From contig CAXFOB010000016.1 in the NCBI GenBank assembly GCA_964004625.1, forward strand, positions 2,319 through 66,318: a stretch of DNA of 64,000 nt. The letters run 5' to 3'. A program made the translations under genes and the position numbers. Shown piece by piece: positions 20,701 to 30,846 of this stretch (within the stretch, counting starts at the first letter, position 1; each line of letters opens with the position of its first letter). This DNA comes from an uncultured Flavobacteriales bacterium (GTDB lineage Bacteria > Bacteroidota > Bacteroidia > Flavobacteriales > BACL11). The notes beneath the pieces were generated by a model. It was not told where the DNA came from and did not search any database. It saw only the letters and a list, made by a program, of their open reading frames with translations.

Positions 20701-21073
20701 CATCCGTTCTACAAGCTTTATTATAATCTTCTACCGATATAGTTGTACCAATATCTTCTTTAGTTATACTTAAAGATTTTTCTACACCAAGCTCTACGGG
20801 TAATCCGTGCGTATCCCAACCTGCTTTTCTATTTACCTGATATCCTTTTAAGGTCTTATATCTACAAAATAAATCTTTCAGAGTTCTAGCAATAACATGA
20901 TGAATACCTGGCATACCATTTGCAGAAGGAGGACCTTCGTAAAATGTAAATGTAGGCTTTCCTTTTCCTTTTTCTATACAGCTATTAAATACATTATTGT
21001 CGTTCCACTCTTTCAGAATAGTCTTATGAATTTCTGATAGATCTAAAGCTTTGTATTCCTTATAATTACTCAT
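17738..21073 (-). CDS. ileS: Isoleucine--tRNA ligase (type 2)
   Basis: EGPPSANG.PGIHH, GWDTHGLP, WTTTPWTLP, GTGIVH, DWNLSRSRFWG, EGVDQTRGWF, KMSKR. Confidence 0.98.
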   Translation of the reverse strand: MSNYKEYKALDLSEIHKTILKEWNDNNVFNSCIEKGKGKPTFTFYEGPPSANGMPGIHHVIARTLKDLFCRYKTLKGYQVNRKAGWDTHGLPVELGVEKSLSITKEDIGTTISVEDYNKACRTDVMKFKGEWEKLTNEMGYWVDMDNPYITYNNKYIESVWWLLAELHKKGLLYKGFTIQPYSPKAGTGLSTHELNQPGCYRDVKDTSAVAMFKIIEDEKSSSLFTGEKEISFVAWTTTPWTLPSNTALAVGKKIKYVKVNTYNSYTAEPITIIMAKALLHKYFTEGISFSNYKQGDKQLPYQIVAEYIGEQLNGINYHQLLPYAQPSDGDAFRVVLADFVTTEDGTGIVHLAPSFGADDNLVAKHNGIGSLTLVDDQGRFTEQMGELAGQYVKEEFYTESEEKPKYPADVQIVINLKNNNRLFKSEKYEHSYPHCWRTDKPILYYPMDSWFVKTTDYKKRMMELNNTINWKPKSTGEGRFGNWLENLVDWNLSRSRFWGIPIPIWRTEDGEEEICISSVEMLQSEIEKSVKAGYMTSNPLSSFEAGDFSEENYNTFDLHRPYVDDIILVSARGKEMKRELDLIDVWFDSGSMPYAQLHYPFENKDVFEKNFPADFIAEGVDQTRGWFFTLHAISTMLFDSVAYKNVISNGLVLDKNGNKMSKRLGNATDPFETLDQYGADAARWYMISNAQPWDNLKFDVSGIEEVQRKFFGTLYNTYSFFALYANIDGFTYSEKEIDIKERTEIDRWIISELNSLIEEVENNYEDYEPTKVARLVQDFVMNKLSNWHIRLSRRRFWKGEYNKDKVSAYQTLYECLEKIAIISAPIAPFFMDQLFKDLNTVSNKQASSSVHLSIFPKSEKRKIDRELEQKMDVSQKITSMVLSLRKKERVRVRQPLQKIMIPVIGEQMKSQINSVEDILLSELNIKEIEFISSDSSILTKQIKPNFKTLGPKFGKDMKLITSTVNQFTSSDIKKIEKEGKYNINSDITIDLSDVEISSADIPGWKVITQDGLTVALDVTLSESLKEEGLAREFINRIQNIRKEKGFEVTDKIVITVEKNESLENAITNNLSYICGETLANSLNVVDVIKNEKINIDLIDNLSTYVEIKKI

Positions 21074-21099
21074 GTAGATATCTAAAAAATATTATCTTG

Positions 21100-21107
21100 C
21101 AAATATA
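21100..21107 (-). promoter_or_regulatory. -7 promoter element TATATTTG for ileS
   Basis: TAnnTTTG match upstream of the ileS ATG. Confidence 0.6.
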
Positions 21108-21156
21108 GTTTTTTGATTTAGAGTAGAAAGCTAAAATCTTCATTTGTTGGAAGTAT

Positions 21157-21184
21157 AAAAAATCCCCACCAACGGTAAGGATTT
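21157..21184 (-). terminator. Intrinsic terminator after purL
   Basis: RNA AAUCCUUACC-GUU-GGUGGGGAUU stem with G-U pairs, running into a U tract. Confidence 0.75.
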
Positions 21185-21206
21185 AATTAAATTCTAAAAA
21201 ATTATT

Positions 21207-23444
21207 TTATGCTAGTTTTTTAGATAAAGAATCTTGATATATTGATTTGTACTCTGACACTTCACCAAAAGATTGATCATCCACTCTTATCTCTCCTTTA
21301 CTTACATGTCCAATTAACGAAAATGGAAGATCTGATTTCTTTAACAAATCCAAAAACCTATCCTCTTTCACCTCTCTAACTGAAACAATAACTCTAGATG
21401 GAGACTCTCCAAACAAAAAGGCGTCCTCTCTAATCTCAGAAGAAGTAGTAATATCAAACCCTAAGTTGTTAACCATAGCGCTTTCTAATAAAGTAATAAA
21501 TGTACCACCATCTGCAACATCATGTGCTGACTCAATAACTCCCGCACGAATAAGTTTAGTAAGGGTATTCTGTAATTCTGCTTCCATATCTAAATCAAAT
21601 TTAGGAGTAGAAGACTCTTTTATTCCATGATAAGAAGATAAATACTCAGAAGAAGAAATATCGTTATCGCAAGTACCTAACATATATATTAAATCCGACT
21701 TTCCTTTAAAAGCTAAAGATGTAATATGAGATTTATCCTCTATAACTCCTAACATACCTATTGTTGGAGTAGGAAATACAGGAGTTTCAGCTTCATCCGT
21801 TACCATTTGATTATAAAAACTTACATTTCCACCAGTAACAGGAGTATTAAACTTCTCACAAGATTTTTTCATTCCCTTAATTGCCCCTACAAATTGCCAA
21901 TATACCTCAGGATTATAAGGATTACCAAAGTTTAAACAATTAGTAATAGCAGATGGAACACCTCCAGAACAAACAATGTTTCTGGCAGCTTCCGCAACAG
22001 CCATTGCACAACCTTCTTCCGGATCTGCATTTACCATTCTGGCATTACAATCTACCGTCATAGCAAGAGCTTTATTACTTCCCTTTAGGTTTACTATACC
22101 TGCATCTGTAGGTGAATTTGTACTCATATTAACAGTTCCTACCATAGAATCGTACTGCTCATACACCCACCGTTTAGATGCAATATTTTCATGCCCAGCA
22201 AGGTACTTTGCTACTAATGATAAATTAGAAGGCTGCTCTACATTATCTATATTAAACTTCTTCCATTCTTGGTAATATTTTGGTTCTGACCATTCTCTAT
22301 GATAAACGGGAGCTCCTCCTCCTAAAACTAAATCTGAACAAGGTACATCTGCAACTAATTCTCCATACATAAAATACCTCACCCTATTACCTTCTGTAAC
22401 TACTCCTATTTCTTCACAAGATAAATCCCATTTATCAAAAATATCATTTACAATATCTTCCTTACCTTTTTCTACAACTACCAACATTCTTTCTTGAGAC
22501 TCTGAAAGTAAAATTTCCCAATCTTTCATACCCGCTTGTCTGGTAGGAACTTTATCTAACCACAATTCCATACCATGTTCTCCCGCAGCTGACATTTCAT
22601 TAGAAGAACATGTAATACCTGCAGCTCCCATATCTTGCATTCCAACTACCGCATCAGTTTTACCAAGCTCCAATGTAGCCTCTAATAATAATTTCTCCTG
22701 AAATGGATCCCCTACTTGTACTGCAGGTAAATCTTCTGCGGACTCTTCTGTTATATCCTTAGATGCAAAAGATGCTCCATGAATACCATCTTTTCCTGTA
22801 CGTGAACCAACAATAAATACTGGATTACCAACTCCTGTTGAAGTTGCAGAAATCATATCTCCTTTTTTCATAATCCCAGCCGAAAATGCATTTACTAAAG
22901 GATTAGTATTATAACAATCGTCAAAGAACACCTCACCACCAACAATTGGGATACCAAAAGCATTTCCATAATCTCCAATTCCTTTCGTAACTCCTCTAAC
23001 TAACCATTTAGTTCTATCTAACTCAATATTACCAAACCTTAAAGAATTAAGTTGAGCAACAGGACGAGCTCCCATTGTAAAAATATCTCTATTAATACCA
23101 CCTACCCCTGTAGCAGCTCCTTGATAAGGTTCTAGTGCAGATGGATGATTGTGAGATTCAATCTTAAAACAACACGCTAAACCATCACCAATATCTACTA
23201 ATCCTGCATTCTCCTCTCCTGCCTCTACTAGCATATGAGGACCTTCTTTTGGTAATTTTTTTAACCAAACAATAGAGTTTTTATATGAACAATGTTCGGA
23301 CCACATCACCCCAAAAATACTCAGTTCGCAAAAGTTAGGAGTTCTTCCTAATATCTCTTTAATTCTTTCGAATTCATCTGCTCTTAATCCCATTTCTAGG
23401 GCTTGTTCAACAGTAGATAAAGTTAGTGTTGCTTGTGATGACAT
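21207..23444 (-). CDS. purL: Phosphoribosylformylglycinamidine synthase subunit PurL (small type)
   Basis: [47 protein letters not shown]. Confidence 0.97.
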   Translation of the reverse strand: MSSQATLTLSTVEQALEMGLRADEFERIKEILGRTPNFCELSIFGVMWSEHCSYKNSIVWLKKLPKEGPHMLVEAGEENAGLVDIGDGLACCFKIESHNHPSALEPYQGAATGVGGINRDIFTMGARPVAQLNSLRFGNIELDRTKWLVRGVTKGIGDYGNAFGIPIVGGEVFFDDCYNTNPLVNAFSAGIMKKGDMISATSTGVGNPVFIVGSRTGKDGIHGASFASKDITEESAEDLPAVQVGDPFQEKLLLEATLELGKTDAVVGMQDMGAAGITCSSNEMSAAGEHGMELWLDKVPTRQAGMKDWEILLSESQERMLVVVEKGKEDIVNDIFDKWDLSCEEIGVVTEGNRVRYFMYGELVADVPCSDLVLGGGAPVYHREWSEPKYYQEWKKFNIDNVEQPSNLSLVAKYLAGHENIASKRWVYEQYDSMVGTVNMSTNSPTDAGIVNLKGSNKALAMTVDCNARMVNADPEEGCAMAVAEAARNIVCSGGVPSAITNCLNFGNPYNPEVYWQFVGAIKGMKKSCEKFNTPVTGGNVSFYNQMVTDEAETPVFPTPTIGMLGVIEDKSHITSLAFKGKSDLIYMLGTCDNDISSSEYLSSYHGIKESSTPKFDLDMEAELQNTLTKLIRAGVIESAHDVADGGTFITLLESAMVNNLGFDITTSSEIREDAFLFGESPSRVIVSVREVKEDRFLDLLKKSDLPFSLIGHVSKGEIRVDDQSFGEVSEYKSIYQDSLSKKLA

Positions 23445-23464
23445 ATTTTATATTTTGATTTATG

Positions 23465-23486
23465 TACAAAAATAACTATTTTTGTA
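23465..23486. promoter_or_regulatory. Back-to-back -7 elements (TATTTTTG on both strands) for purL and the lipoprotein gene
   Basis: Perfect inverted repeat TACAAAAATA-AC-TATTTTTGTA between divergent genes. Confidence 0.65.
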
Positions 23487-23507
23487 ACTTATTTATAAAA
23501 AATAAAG

Positions 23508-23993
23508 ATGAAAAAGATATTACTTTTTAGCCTAGCGTTAATAACTTTAAATTCCTGTGAATTTCCGGACCCCATTCCAGTTGAAGGTTGTACTGACCCA
23601 AATGCAATTAACTATAATTCTAATGCTGATACAGATAATAATTCTTGTGATTTTACTGCTGACATCTTGTTTTATATGAATCAGGATGCGGGAATATTTT
23701 TATATAATCAAGGTCTGAGTAAAATAACTTTTTTTATAAACGGAAATAGTATAGGATCACAATATAATAATGGGGGATTTTTTACTTCAGAGATAGCTCC
23801 TATTTGTTTTGATGAATTTTTCACCACAGGATCTGTTTATTGGTCGGAAAGTAGTTACACAACTATATCTTGGGAAGCTATAGATGAAAATGGATATGTA
23901 TGGTATGATAACACAACTAACTTAGTGGCAAATGAATGTTTAACAATGGAACTAACCGCTAAAAAACTGAAAGCATTTCAGGCAAACAGCTAG
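23508..23993 (+). CDS. Hypothetical lipoprotein
   Basis: Lipobox LNSC; GCTDPNAINYN..A..D..SC disulfide motif. Confidence 0.75.
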   Translation: MKKILLFSLALITLNSCEFPDPIPVEGCTDPNAINYNSNADTDNNSCDFTADILFYMNQDAGIFLYNQGLSKITFFINGNSIGSQYNNGGFFTSEIAPICFDEFFTTGSVYWSESSYTTISWEAIDENGYVWYDNTTNLVANECLTMELTAKKLKAFQANS

Positions 23994-26026
23994 TAGAAAC
24001 CATTGTACTTACGAACAATCCACTCTGTACAAAGTAACGAAAGTAAAGATAAAAAGAACCAAATATTATTTAGTATAGAGCTTGTTTTTTCACTAGTATG
24101 TAATATACTTTTATTGAGATTACTACTTACTAATTCATGTTTAATTTCAGAAACATTAAACTCGTCAAATAATTTCCCATTACTTTGCTCAGACAACTGA
24201 TACAGTAACTGATGGTTTGCCGTATTTATACTTCCTTCTTGTTTTCTTGGTAGAATACTAAACTCGCCTTTTTTGGTTTCTTGTCCGGAATTATAACTTA
24301 CAGTAAAAAAGTACTTTCCTTCTGACAGGGAAGGAATATTTAAATAGTAAGATGAATTAGGAAATTTAGAAAATATATAATTAAACTTTTCTCCTTTCTC
24401 ATTTTTTAAATCTATCCGAACTTCTTTCGAGTTGTTAAGCTCATAATTTTCATTATAATATTCTGATCTGAATTCCAATGATTTTCCTTCTTCTATTTTT
24501 TTATCATAAGAAATCCTGAATCTACTTTTATCCTCTTTTATTAGTAGATATTGTGATATTTTAGAAAATAATTCGTTAAAGTTTTGGTGAAATTCCTTCC
24601 CCTCTCTATCATGGATTTTCCACCTCCATATTCCTTCTGCATATACAACTGCAATCTTTCTATTTATATTTTCATCCAAAGAAATAAGAGACTTTTCACT
24701 AGTGTGGATACCAATATTCTGATAAGCTAAAATATCGCAAGTAGCAGAAGTACTATACTTTCCGAAAGTAGAATACAAAGGAGGTAAATTAGTAAGATAA
24801 TATTGTAAATCAGGGGAAACATTAAACTTTCTAAATTTAGTATTGTAACTAGCTGTAACCTCCTGACTTTTGTTTTTTCCTACTACTTTGCCTTCTGGAT
24901 AAATAGATTCCAGGAAAGAGATGGAATTAGGATTTACAAATAGTAAAAGTGGAACAGACGACTCATTAAGTTGTCTGGTAATCTCGGATTTTGAATTAGG
25001 AATATAAAAAGAAACAATTAGATTATATTCTTCAAATGAAGATATAAATTCAGATAGATAATCTATATCAACATCATAATTTTGATTTTTATCTAGAACC
25101 GATTTAAAAGCAGCAATATCAGGATGTACTTTATCGGAAAGAATCAATATTTTATACTTTGTATCTAATACATCAATAAAGAATGTATTACTATTGTTAT
25201 CTAGATACTCCTCCTGTTTTACACCATCTACTTCTACTCTATATTTTTGCAAAGAAAGAGTATTATGTTCCACTTTAAAACTCGTTTTTATAAAATCAGA
25301 ATTGGAAGAAATCTTGTGACTTTTTGTTTGTAATAATTTATTTCCTGAATATAATTTTATCTGTAAAGTTTCACCTTTACATTTTTCAGATTTTATTTGC
25401 ACCTCTACGGGTGAAATATTACCAAGAAATGAAATTTCGTTATGCAATACTTCTGAAATACTAACATCTTTAATAACAGATGTATCTCCAAGAGCAACAG
25501 TATAAAAAGGTACGGATTTTGAAATTTTATGGTATAGAGGATTTGACCCCTCATTATATAATCCGTCAGAACTAAGAACAACAGCCATTAGGTTTCTTCC
25601 AGAATATTTTAAATCAATTTCATCTAATAAAATAGAACTGTTTGTACTCTGTCCGTTCTTATCTTCAGTAAATCCTTCTTTAACCTCATCCGAATAATGA
25701 TAACTTATAACATCAAATTCATCTAAAAGAGATTCTTTCAAATCCTGAAACTCCATATAATCTTGATCGTTTTTACAAGAAACAGAGGCATCTTGAGCAA
25801 GTACAACTAGTGGTTTTTCATTAGTAGTTTGTAGGTTTTTAGTAATAGGATTAAGTAATAAAAAAGCCAATATAGAAACCACCAAAAAACGAAAAATAAA
25901 CAAAAAAGCGGTAATACTTTTACTAGTAAAGTTGTTTTTTCGGTATAAAAAATAAGCATAAATCACACCAAATAGGATGCAGAATATGCTATATATTATT
26001 GGTAACTCTGTAGTTAGGCCAAACAT
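23990..26026 (-). CDS. VWA-domain membrane protein
   Basis: Two N-terminal TM helices, MIDAS-like DASVS and SSDG, GIWRW, C-terminal TM with EWIVRK; usual neighbour of fabG. Confidence 0.75.
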   Translation of the reverse strand: MFGLTTELPIIYSIFCILFGVIYAYFLYRKNNFTSKSITAFLFIFRFLVVSILAFLLLNPITKNLQTTNEKPLVVLAQDASVSCKNDQDYMEFQDLKESLLDEFDVISYHYSDEVKEGFTEDKNGQSTNSSILLDEIDLKYSGRNLMAVVLSSDGLYNEGSNPLYHKISKSVPFYTVALGDTSVIKDVSISEVLHNEISFLGNISPVEVQIKSEKCKGETLQIKLYSGNKLLQTKSHKISSNSDFIKTSFKVEHNTLSLQKYRVEVDGVKQEEYLDNNSNTFFIDVLDTKYKILILSDKVHPDIAAFKSVLDKNQNYDVDIDYLSEFISSFEEYNLIVSFYIPNSKSEITRQLNESSVPLLLFVNPNSISFLESIYPEGKVVGKNKSQEVTASYNTKFRKFNVSPDLQYYLTNLPPLYSTFGKYSTSATCDILAYQNIGIHTSEKSLISLDENINRKIAVVYAEGIWRWKIHDREGKEFHQNFNELFSKISQYLLIKEDKSRFRISYDKKIEEGKSLEFRSEYYNENYELNNSKEVRIDLKNEKGEKFNYIFSKFPNSSYYLNIPSLSEGKYFFTVSYNSGQETKKGEFSILPRKQEGSINTANHQLLYQLSEQSNGKLFDEFNVSEIKHELVSSNLNKSILHTSEKTSSILNNIWFFLSLLSLLCTEWIVRKYNGFY

Positions 26027-26030
26027 AAAA

Positions 26031-26777
26031 TTATGTTAGCATTCCACCACAAACATTAAGTACTTGCCCGGTAACATAAGCCGACATGTCAGATGCTAAA
26101 AACAATGTAGCGTTTGCTATATCTTCAGTAGAACCTCCTCTTTTTAAAGGAATAGAATTTTTCCATTCGTTTATTTGTTCTTCTCCTAAAGATTCAGTCA
26201 TTTCTGTTTCAATAAAACCTGGAGCAATAGAATTACATCTAATATTTCTGGAACCAAGCTCTAAAGCAGTAGATTTGGTAAATCCATTAATTGCAGCCTT
26301 GGATGCAGAATAGTTTGCCTGACCGGCATTTCCTTTTACACCTACTACCGAACTCATATTTATAATAGATCCTTTTCTTTGTTTAAGCATTGGTCTTAAA
26401 ACAGCTTTTGTCATGTTGAAAACAGATTTCATGTTTACGTCCATCACCTTATCGTAATCTTCCTCTGACAAACGCATCAGTAAACCATCTTTTGTAATAC
26501 CTGCATTATTTACCAAAACATCAATAGAACCAAATTCTTCTAATACATCTGATGCCAATTTTTGAGCAGCATCAAAATCTGAGGCATCCGACTTATAACC
26601 TTTTGCCTTGCATCCGTTTGTAGAAAGTTCTTTTTCTAACTGTTTTGCTTTTTCTTCTGAGGAACGATAAGTAAATGCAATATTTGCTCCTTGCTGAGCA
26701 AAAATCTCCGCAATACCTTTACCTATACCTCTACTAGCTCCTGTTATAATTACTGTTTGCCCTTCTAATAATTTCAT
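26031..26777 (-). CDS. fabG: 3-oxoacyl-ACP reductase
   Basis: TGASRGIG, NNAGIT, NYSASK, PGFIET. Start moved to ATG 26777 because the TTG at 26798 lies in the promoter motif. Confidence 0.95.
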   Translation of the reverse strand: MKLLEGQTVIITGASRGIGKGIAEIFAQQGANIAFTYRSSEEKAKQLEKELSTNGCKAKGYKSDASDFDAAQKLASDVLEEFGSIDVLVNNAGITKDGLLMRLSEEDYDKVMDVNMKSVFNMTKAVLRPMLKQRKGSIINMSSVVGVKGNAGQANYSASKAAINGFTKSTALELGSRNIRCNSIAPGFIETEMTESLGEEQINEWKNSIPLKRGGSTEDIANATLFLASDMSAYVTGQVLNVCGGMLT

Positions 26778-26795
26778 AATTTTAATTTTAAAATT

Positions 26796-26803
26796 CAAAT
26801 ATA
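26796..26803 (-). promoter_or_regulatory. -7 promoter element TATATTTG for fabG
   Basis: TAnnTTTG match abutting the sucD terminator U tract. Confidence 0.6.
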
Positions 26804-26831
26804 AAAAATCCCACCAAAAAGGCAGGATTTT
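26803..26831 (-). terminator. Intrinsic terminator after sucD
   Basis: RNA AAUCCUGCC-UUUUU-GGUGGGAUU plus U tract. Confidence 0.75.
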
Positions 26832-26852
26832 ATAAAGTTTATTTTGAATAGA

Positions 26853-27731
26853 TTATGCCGTAACTTCCATTAACTCCGCCATCATTTTTCCAATTTCCGC
26901 TGGAGATTCCGCCACCTTAATACCACACTCACGCATGATAGCCATTTTGGCTTCTGCCGTATCTTCCAATCCACCAACAATAGCACCTGCATGACCCATT
27001 GTTCTACCAGCAGGAGCAGTTTGTCCTGCAATAAATCCTAGAACAGGTTTTGTTCCATTTTCTTTAACCCACCTAGCAGCATCCGCCTCTAACTGACCTC
27101 CAATCTCTCCAATCATAATGATGCCATCTGTTTCTGAATCATTCATAAATAGTTCAACAGCTTCTTTTGTAGTCGTGCCGATAATTGGATCACCACCTAT
27201 ACCAATAGCAGTAGAAATTCCCATCCCCGCTTTTACCACTTGGTCTGCAGCTTCATAAGTTAAAGTTCCTGATTTTGAAACTACACCAATTCTACCTTTT
27301 TTAAATACAAATCCTGGCATAATACCACATTTTGCTTCTTCAGGAGTAATAACACCAGGACAGTTAGGACCAACTAAAGTACAATCTTTATCAGATAAAT
27401 ATTCTTTTACCATGATCATATCTTTTGTAGGAATTCCTTCAGTAATACAAATAATTACTTTAATACCAGCCTCTGCAGCTTCCATAACCGCATCTGCAGC
27501 AAATGATGGAGGAACAAAAATTAATGAAGTATTAGCTCCTAGCTCAATTACAGTCTCTTCTACTGTATTAAATACAGGTCTATCTAAATGAGTTTGCCCA
27601 CCTTTTCCTGGGGTGACACCCCCAACTACATTTGTTCCATACTCAATCATTTGTGTTGCATGGAATGTTCCTTCAGATCCAGTAAATCCTTGTACAATTA
27701 CTTTCGAATCTTTATTTACTAATACACTCAT
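26853..27731 (-). CDS. sucD: Succinate--CoA ligase alpha subunit
   Basis: [41 protein letters not shown]. Confidence 0.98.
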   Translation of the reverse strand: MSVLVNKDSKVIVQGFTGSEGTFHATQMIEYGTNVVGGVTPGKGGQTHLDRPVFNTVEETVIELGANTSLIFVPPSFAADAVMEAAEAGIKVIICITEGIPTKDMIMVKEYLSDKDCTLVGPNCPGVITPEEAKCGIMPGFVFKKGRIGVVSKSGTLTYEAADQVVKAGMGISTAIGIGGDPIIGTTTKEAVELFMNDSETDGIIMIGEIGGQLEADAARWVKENGTKPVLGFIAGQTAPAGRTMGHAGAIVGGLEDTAEAKMAIMRECGIKVAESPAEIGKMMAELMEVTA

Positions 27732-27759
27732 TTTTTGTTTATTATTTTTATTTGGGTTG

Positions 27760-27807
27760 CAAAACTACTACAAAATAGTATTTTACAAAGGATTTTAAAT
27801 ACTTTTG
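27760..27807. promoter_or_regulatory. Divergent promoters: TAGTTTTG (minus, sucD) and TACTTTTG (plus, mnmE)
   Basis: Motifs at 27760-27767 (minus) and 27800-27807 (plus). Confidence 0.6.
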
Positions 27808-27811
27808 CAAA

Positions 27812-29167
27812 ATGAATTATTTTAATCCGGAAGATACTATTTGTGCCATAACAACTGGTGGAGGAATGTCTGCTATTGCAGTAATACGAATTTCTGGTGA
27901 TAAAGCGATATCAATTTGCAATGAAGTATTTAGTAAAGACCTTCTAAATGTAGACAGCCATACTATACATTTTGGAAACATTGTACAAAAAAATAAAATA
28001 ATTGACGAGGTACTAGTAAGTATATTTAAAGACGGGAAATCATTTACTGGAGAAGAAAGCGTAGAAATTTCGTGTCATGGATCTACCTTTATACAAAACA
28101 AAATAATGCAAGTACTCATAGAAAAAGGATGTAGAACTGCTACTGCAGGAGAGTTTAGTATGAGAGCTTTTAAAAATGGGAAAGTAGACCTTTCTCAAGC
28201 AGAATCTATTGCAGATTTAATAGAGTCTGAAACAGAAGCCTCACACAAAACTGCACTACATCAACTAAGAGGTGGATTTTCGGAAAAACTACAAAGTTTA
28301 AGAACAAAACTAATAGATTTCTCTAGTTTAATAGAACTAGAATTGGATTTTTCTGAAGAAGATGTAGAATTTGCTGACAGAAAACAATTTAAAGAATTAT
28401 TATTTGGAATGAAATCCGAATTAGAAAAACTCATTCAATCTTTTAGTTTAGGAAATGTAATTAAAAATGGGATTCCAGTAGCAATATTAGGAGCCCCAAA
28501 TGTTGGAAAGTCTACCCTCTTAAATTGCTTACTAAATGAAGAGAAAGCAATTGTATCAGATATAGCAGGAACTACAAGAGATGCCATAGAAGATGAATTA
28601 AATATTGAAGGATTTAAGTTTAGATTTATTGATACTGCAGGAATAAGGAACACCTCAGATACCATCGAAAATCTAGGGATTAAAAAATCTTTTGACAAAG
28701 CTCTACAATCTAAAATTATTCTATTTTTGATAGACACAACTCAAAACATAGAAAATCAGATTAAAGAACTTCAGAAAATAAAAGAAACACTATCAGAAAA
28801 AATAGTAATTATTACAAACAAAACAGACTTAAATCCAAATATATCTATAAATGAGGAAACTATCTCTATCTCCGCAAAAACTGGAAAAGGAATAGAAAAT
28901 CTGAAGGAAAAATTAATTAAGTTTGTAAATACAACTTCTATTTCTGATAATGAAAGTATAGTAACTAATTTACGACATTTTGAAGAATTACAACTAACTC
29001 TACACGAAATTGAAAGTGTTATAAAGGGAATGAAAGGGGGTGTTTCTGGAGATTTTTTATCTGTAAATATACGGCAAGCTCTTTTCCATTTAGGATCGAT
29101 TACTGGAGAAGTAACAACTGACACACTACTATCAAACATATTTGGAAAATTCTGTATTGGAAAATAA
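27812..29167 (+). CDS. mnmE: tRNA modification GTPase MnmE
   Basis: SFTGE..VEISCHG, GAPNVGKS, GTTRD, DTAG, NKTD, C-terminal FCIGK. Confidence 0.98.
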   Translation: MNYFNPEDTICAITTGGGMSAIAVIRISGDKAISICNEVFSKDLLNVDSHTIHFGNIVQKNKIIDEVLVSIFKDGKSFTGEESVEISCHGSTFIQNKIMQVLIEKGCRTATAGEFSMRAFKNGKVDLSQAESIADLIESETEASHKTALHQLRGGFSEKLQSLRTKLIDFSSLIELELDFSEEDVEFADRKQFKELLFGMKSELEKLIQSFSLGNVIKNGIPVAILGAPNVGKSTLLNCLLNEEKAIVSDIAGTTRDAIEDELNIEGFKFRFIDTAGIRNTSDTIENLGIKKSFDKALQSKIILFLIDTTQNIENQIKELQKIKETLSEKIVIITNKTDLNPNISINEETISISAKTGKGIENLKEKLIKFVNTTSISDNESIVTNLRHFEELQLTLHEIESVIKGMKGGVSGDFLSVNIRQALFHLGSITGEVTTDTLLSNIFGKFCIGK

Positions 29168-29537
29168 AATAACAAAAAAAGTCATTGTATTATACGATTC
29201 GGAATGTGGTTTCTGTAATAAAATTGCTTTATATTTAAAAGAAAAAGATACAGATAATTCGATTGTTTGGGAGGAGAGAAATTCTAAGGTATCATCTAAA
29301 TTATTTAAGAACCACTCTATCAACAAAGAAGAAGATTCTATAATAGTAATGATAAATAAAGATTACCTAATAAAGAGTGATGCCGTAATTTACATCCTGA
29401 AATTATTAAAATTTAAAACCTACTATCTCCTAAAAATTATTCCAAAAAAAATTAGAGATATAGTTTATGACTCTATCGCTAAAAACAGATACCTTTTTGG
29501 AAAATGTAATCTTAAAAATGATAATTTAATTAAATAA
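29142..29537 (+). CDS. DCC1-like thiol-disulfide oxidoreductase (DUF393)
   Basis: YDSECGFC, KSDAV, RDIVY..IAKNRY.LFG; start uncertain. Confidence 0.85.
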   Translation: MENSVLENKITKKVIVLYDSECGFCNKIALYLKEKDTDNSIVWEERNSKVSSKLFKNHSINKEEDSIIVMINKDYLIKSDAVIYILKLLKFKTYYLLKIIPKKIRDIVYDSIAKNRYLFGKCNLKNDNLIK

Positions 29538-29567
29538 ATTTTGCTATATTTGATGAAAATAAATATT

Positions 29568-30701
29568 ATGAAAGAAAAAACAAATATCCTAACAACCTTA
29601 TTAATCATACTTTCCATCTCTGTACTTTTGTACATAAATATTGATAAGGAAGAAGTGGAAACAATAAAAAGTTCTGAAGAAAACACAGTAGAAACGATTG
29701 AAATTTTTCCAAAACTAGTTAAGAAAGCAACAAAATTAAATGATGTACAAGAGTTCACGTCGTATATTAAACAAGTGGTGATTACAGGTGAAATAAAGTT
29801 CAAGAAAAATAGAGAAGCAAGATTCTTTACAAGAGATACTTCTATTACAGCTAAAACAGACTTTAAGGGTAGATTTAGCTTAACCTTCCCTCTAGATTCT
29901 TCTGGATACATAACTTTTCATCATGGAGAGGAAACAACAGTAATGTATTGTAACCCTGATGACACGGTACATATTACAATTAATACTAATCAATTTGATG
30001 AAACCATAACTTATACAGGCTCTACAGAAAGCAACTATCTTGCATGGAAATATCTCTACCAGGAAGAATCATCATTCTCACCAGACGTATTTAACAACAC
30101 TTATGAAGAACTATCTTCCTCATTGGATAATTTCTTCAATCCAATGATAGTAGAACTTAATAGAATCAACATGAATAATACAAAGTTCTTTAATGCAGAA
30201 CTGGAATGGATGAATCAAGCCAGAGAATATTATTTAAAAAGGCATGAACAAGTAAAAAACGTACCAAAAATAGGAGAAACAGCGATTAATTTCACTTATC
30301 CAGACAAGGATAGTAATATGGTTTCTTTATCTGATTTTAAAGGAAGTTATGTATATGTTGATGTTTGGGCGACATGGTGTGGACCATGTAGATACGAAAT
30401 ACCTTTTCTTGTACAGTTAGAAAAAGATTATCATGATACAAATATTGTATTCATGAGTGTTTCTGTAGATACGGAAAACGCAAAAGAAAAATGGATGAAT
30501 ATGATTAAAAACGAAAATTTGGGGGGAATTCAATTAATCTCAACTGATGGATGGAAGAGCCAAATCATGAAAGACTATGTCATAAATGGAATCCCAAGGT
30601 TTATGTTGTTTGATCCAGATGGAAATGTAATTTCAGTAGATGCTGCAAGACCATCATCGGATGAAATAAGAGAAATTTTTGATGGATTTGTTAAGCAATA
30701 A
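29568..30701 (+). CDS. TlpA-family thiol-disulfide reductase, membrane-anchored
   Basis: VSLSDFKG.YVYVDVWATWCGPC, GIPRFML.D; N-terminal TM. Start placed after TATATTTG at 29545. Confidence 0.88.
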   Translation: MKEKTNILTTLLIILSISVLLYINIDKEEVETIKSSEENTVETIEIFPKLVKKATKLNDVQEFTSYIKQVVITGEIKFKKNREARFFTRDTSITAKTDFKGRFSLTFPLDSSGYITFHHGEETTVMYCNPDDTVHITINTNQFDETITYTGSTESNYLAWKYLYQEESSFSPDVFNNTYEELSSSLDNFFNPMIVELNRINMNNTKFFNAELEWMNQAREYYLKRHEQVKNVPKIGETAINFTYPDKDSNMVSLSDFKGSYVYVDVWATWCGPCRYEIPFLVQLEKDYHDTNIVFMSVSVDTENAKEKWMNMIKNENLGGIQLISTDGWKSQIMKDYVINGIPRFMLFDPDGNVISVDAARPSSDEIREIFDGFVKQ

Positions 30702-30733
30702 ACATTAGACGAATATTTAAACGGTATATATAT

Positions 30734-30761
30734 AAAAACGGACAAATGTCCGTTTTTTTTT
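30734..30761 (+). terminator. Intrinsic terminator after tlpA
   Basis: AAAAACGGACA-AA-TGTCCGTTTTTTTTT perfect hairpin plus T tract. Confidence 0.85.
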
Positions 30762-30846
30762 ACCCAATAAAAAAACTCTTTTTAAAGAAAAATTAAATCT
30801 ATGAAATGATTATTTTTGCAACTTTTAAATTTTAAAAAATAAAAAA

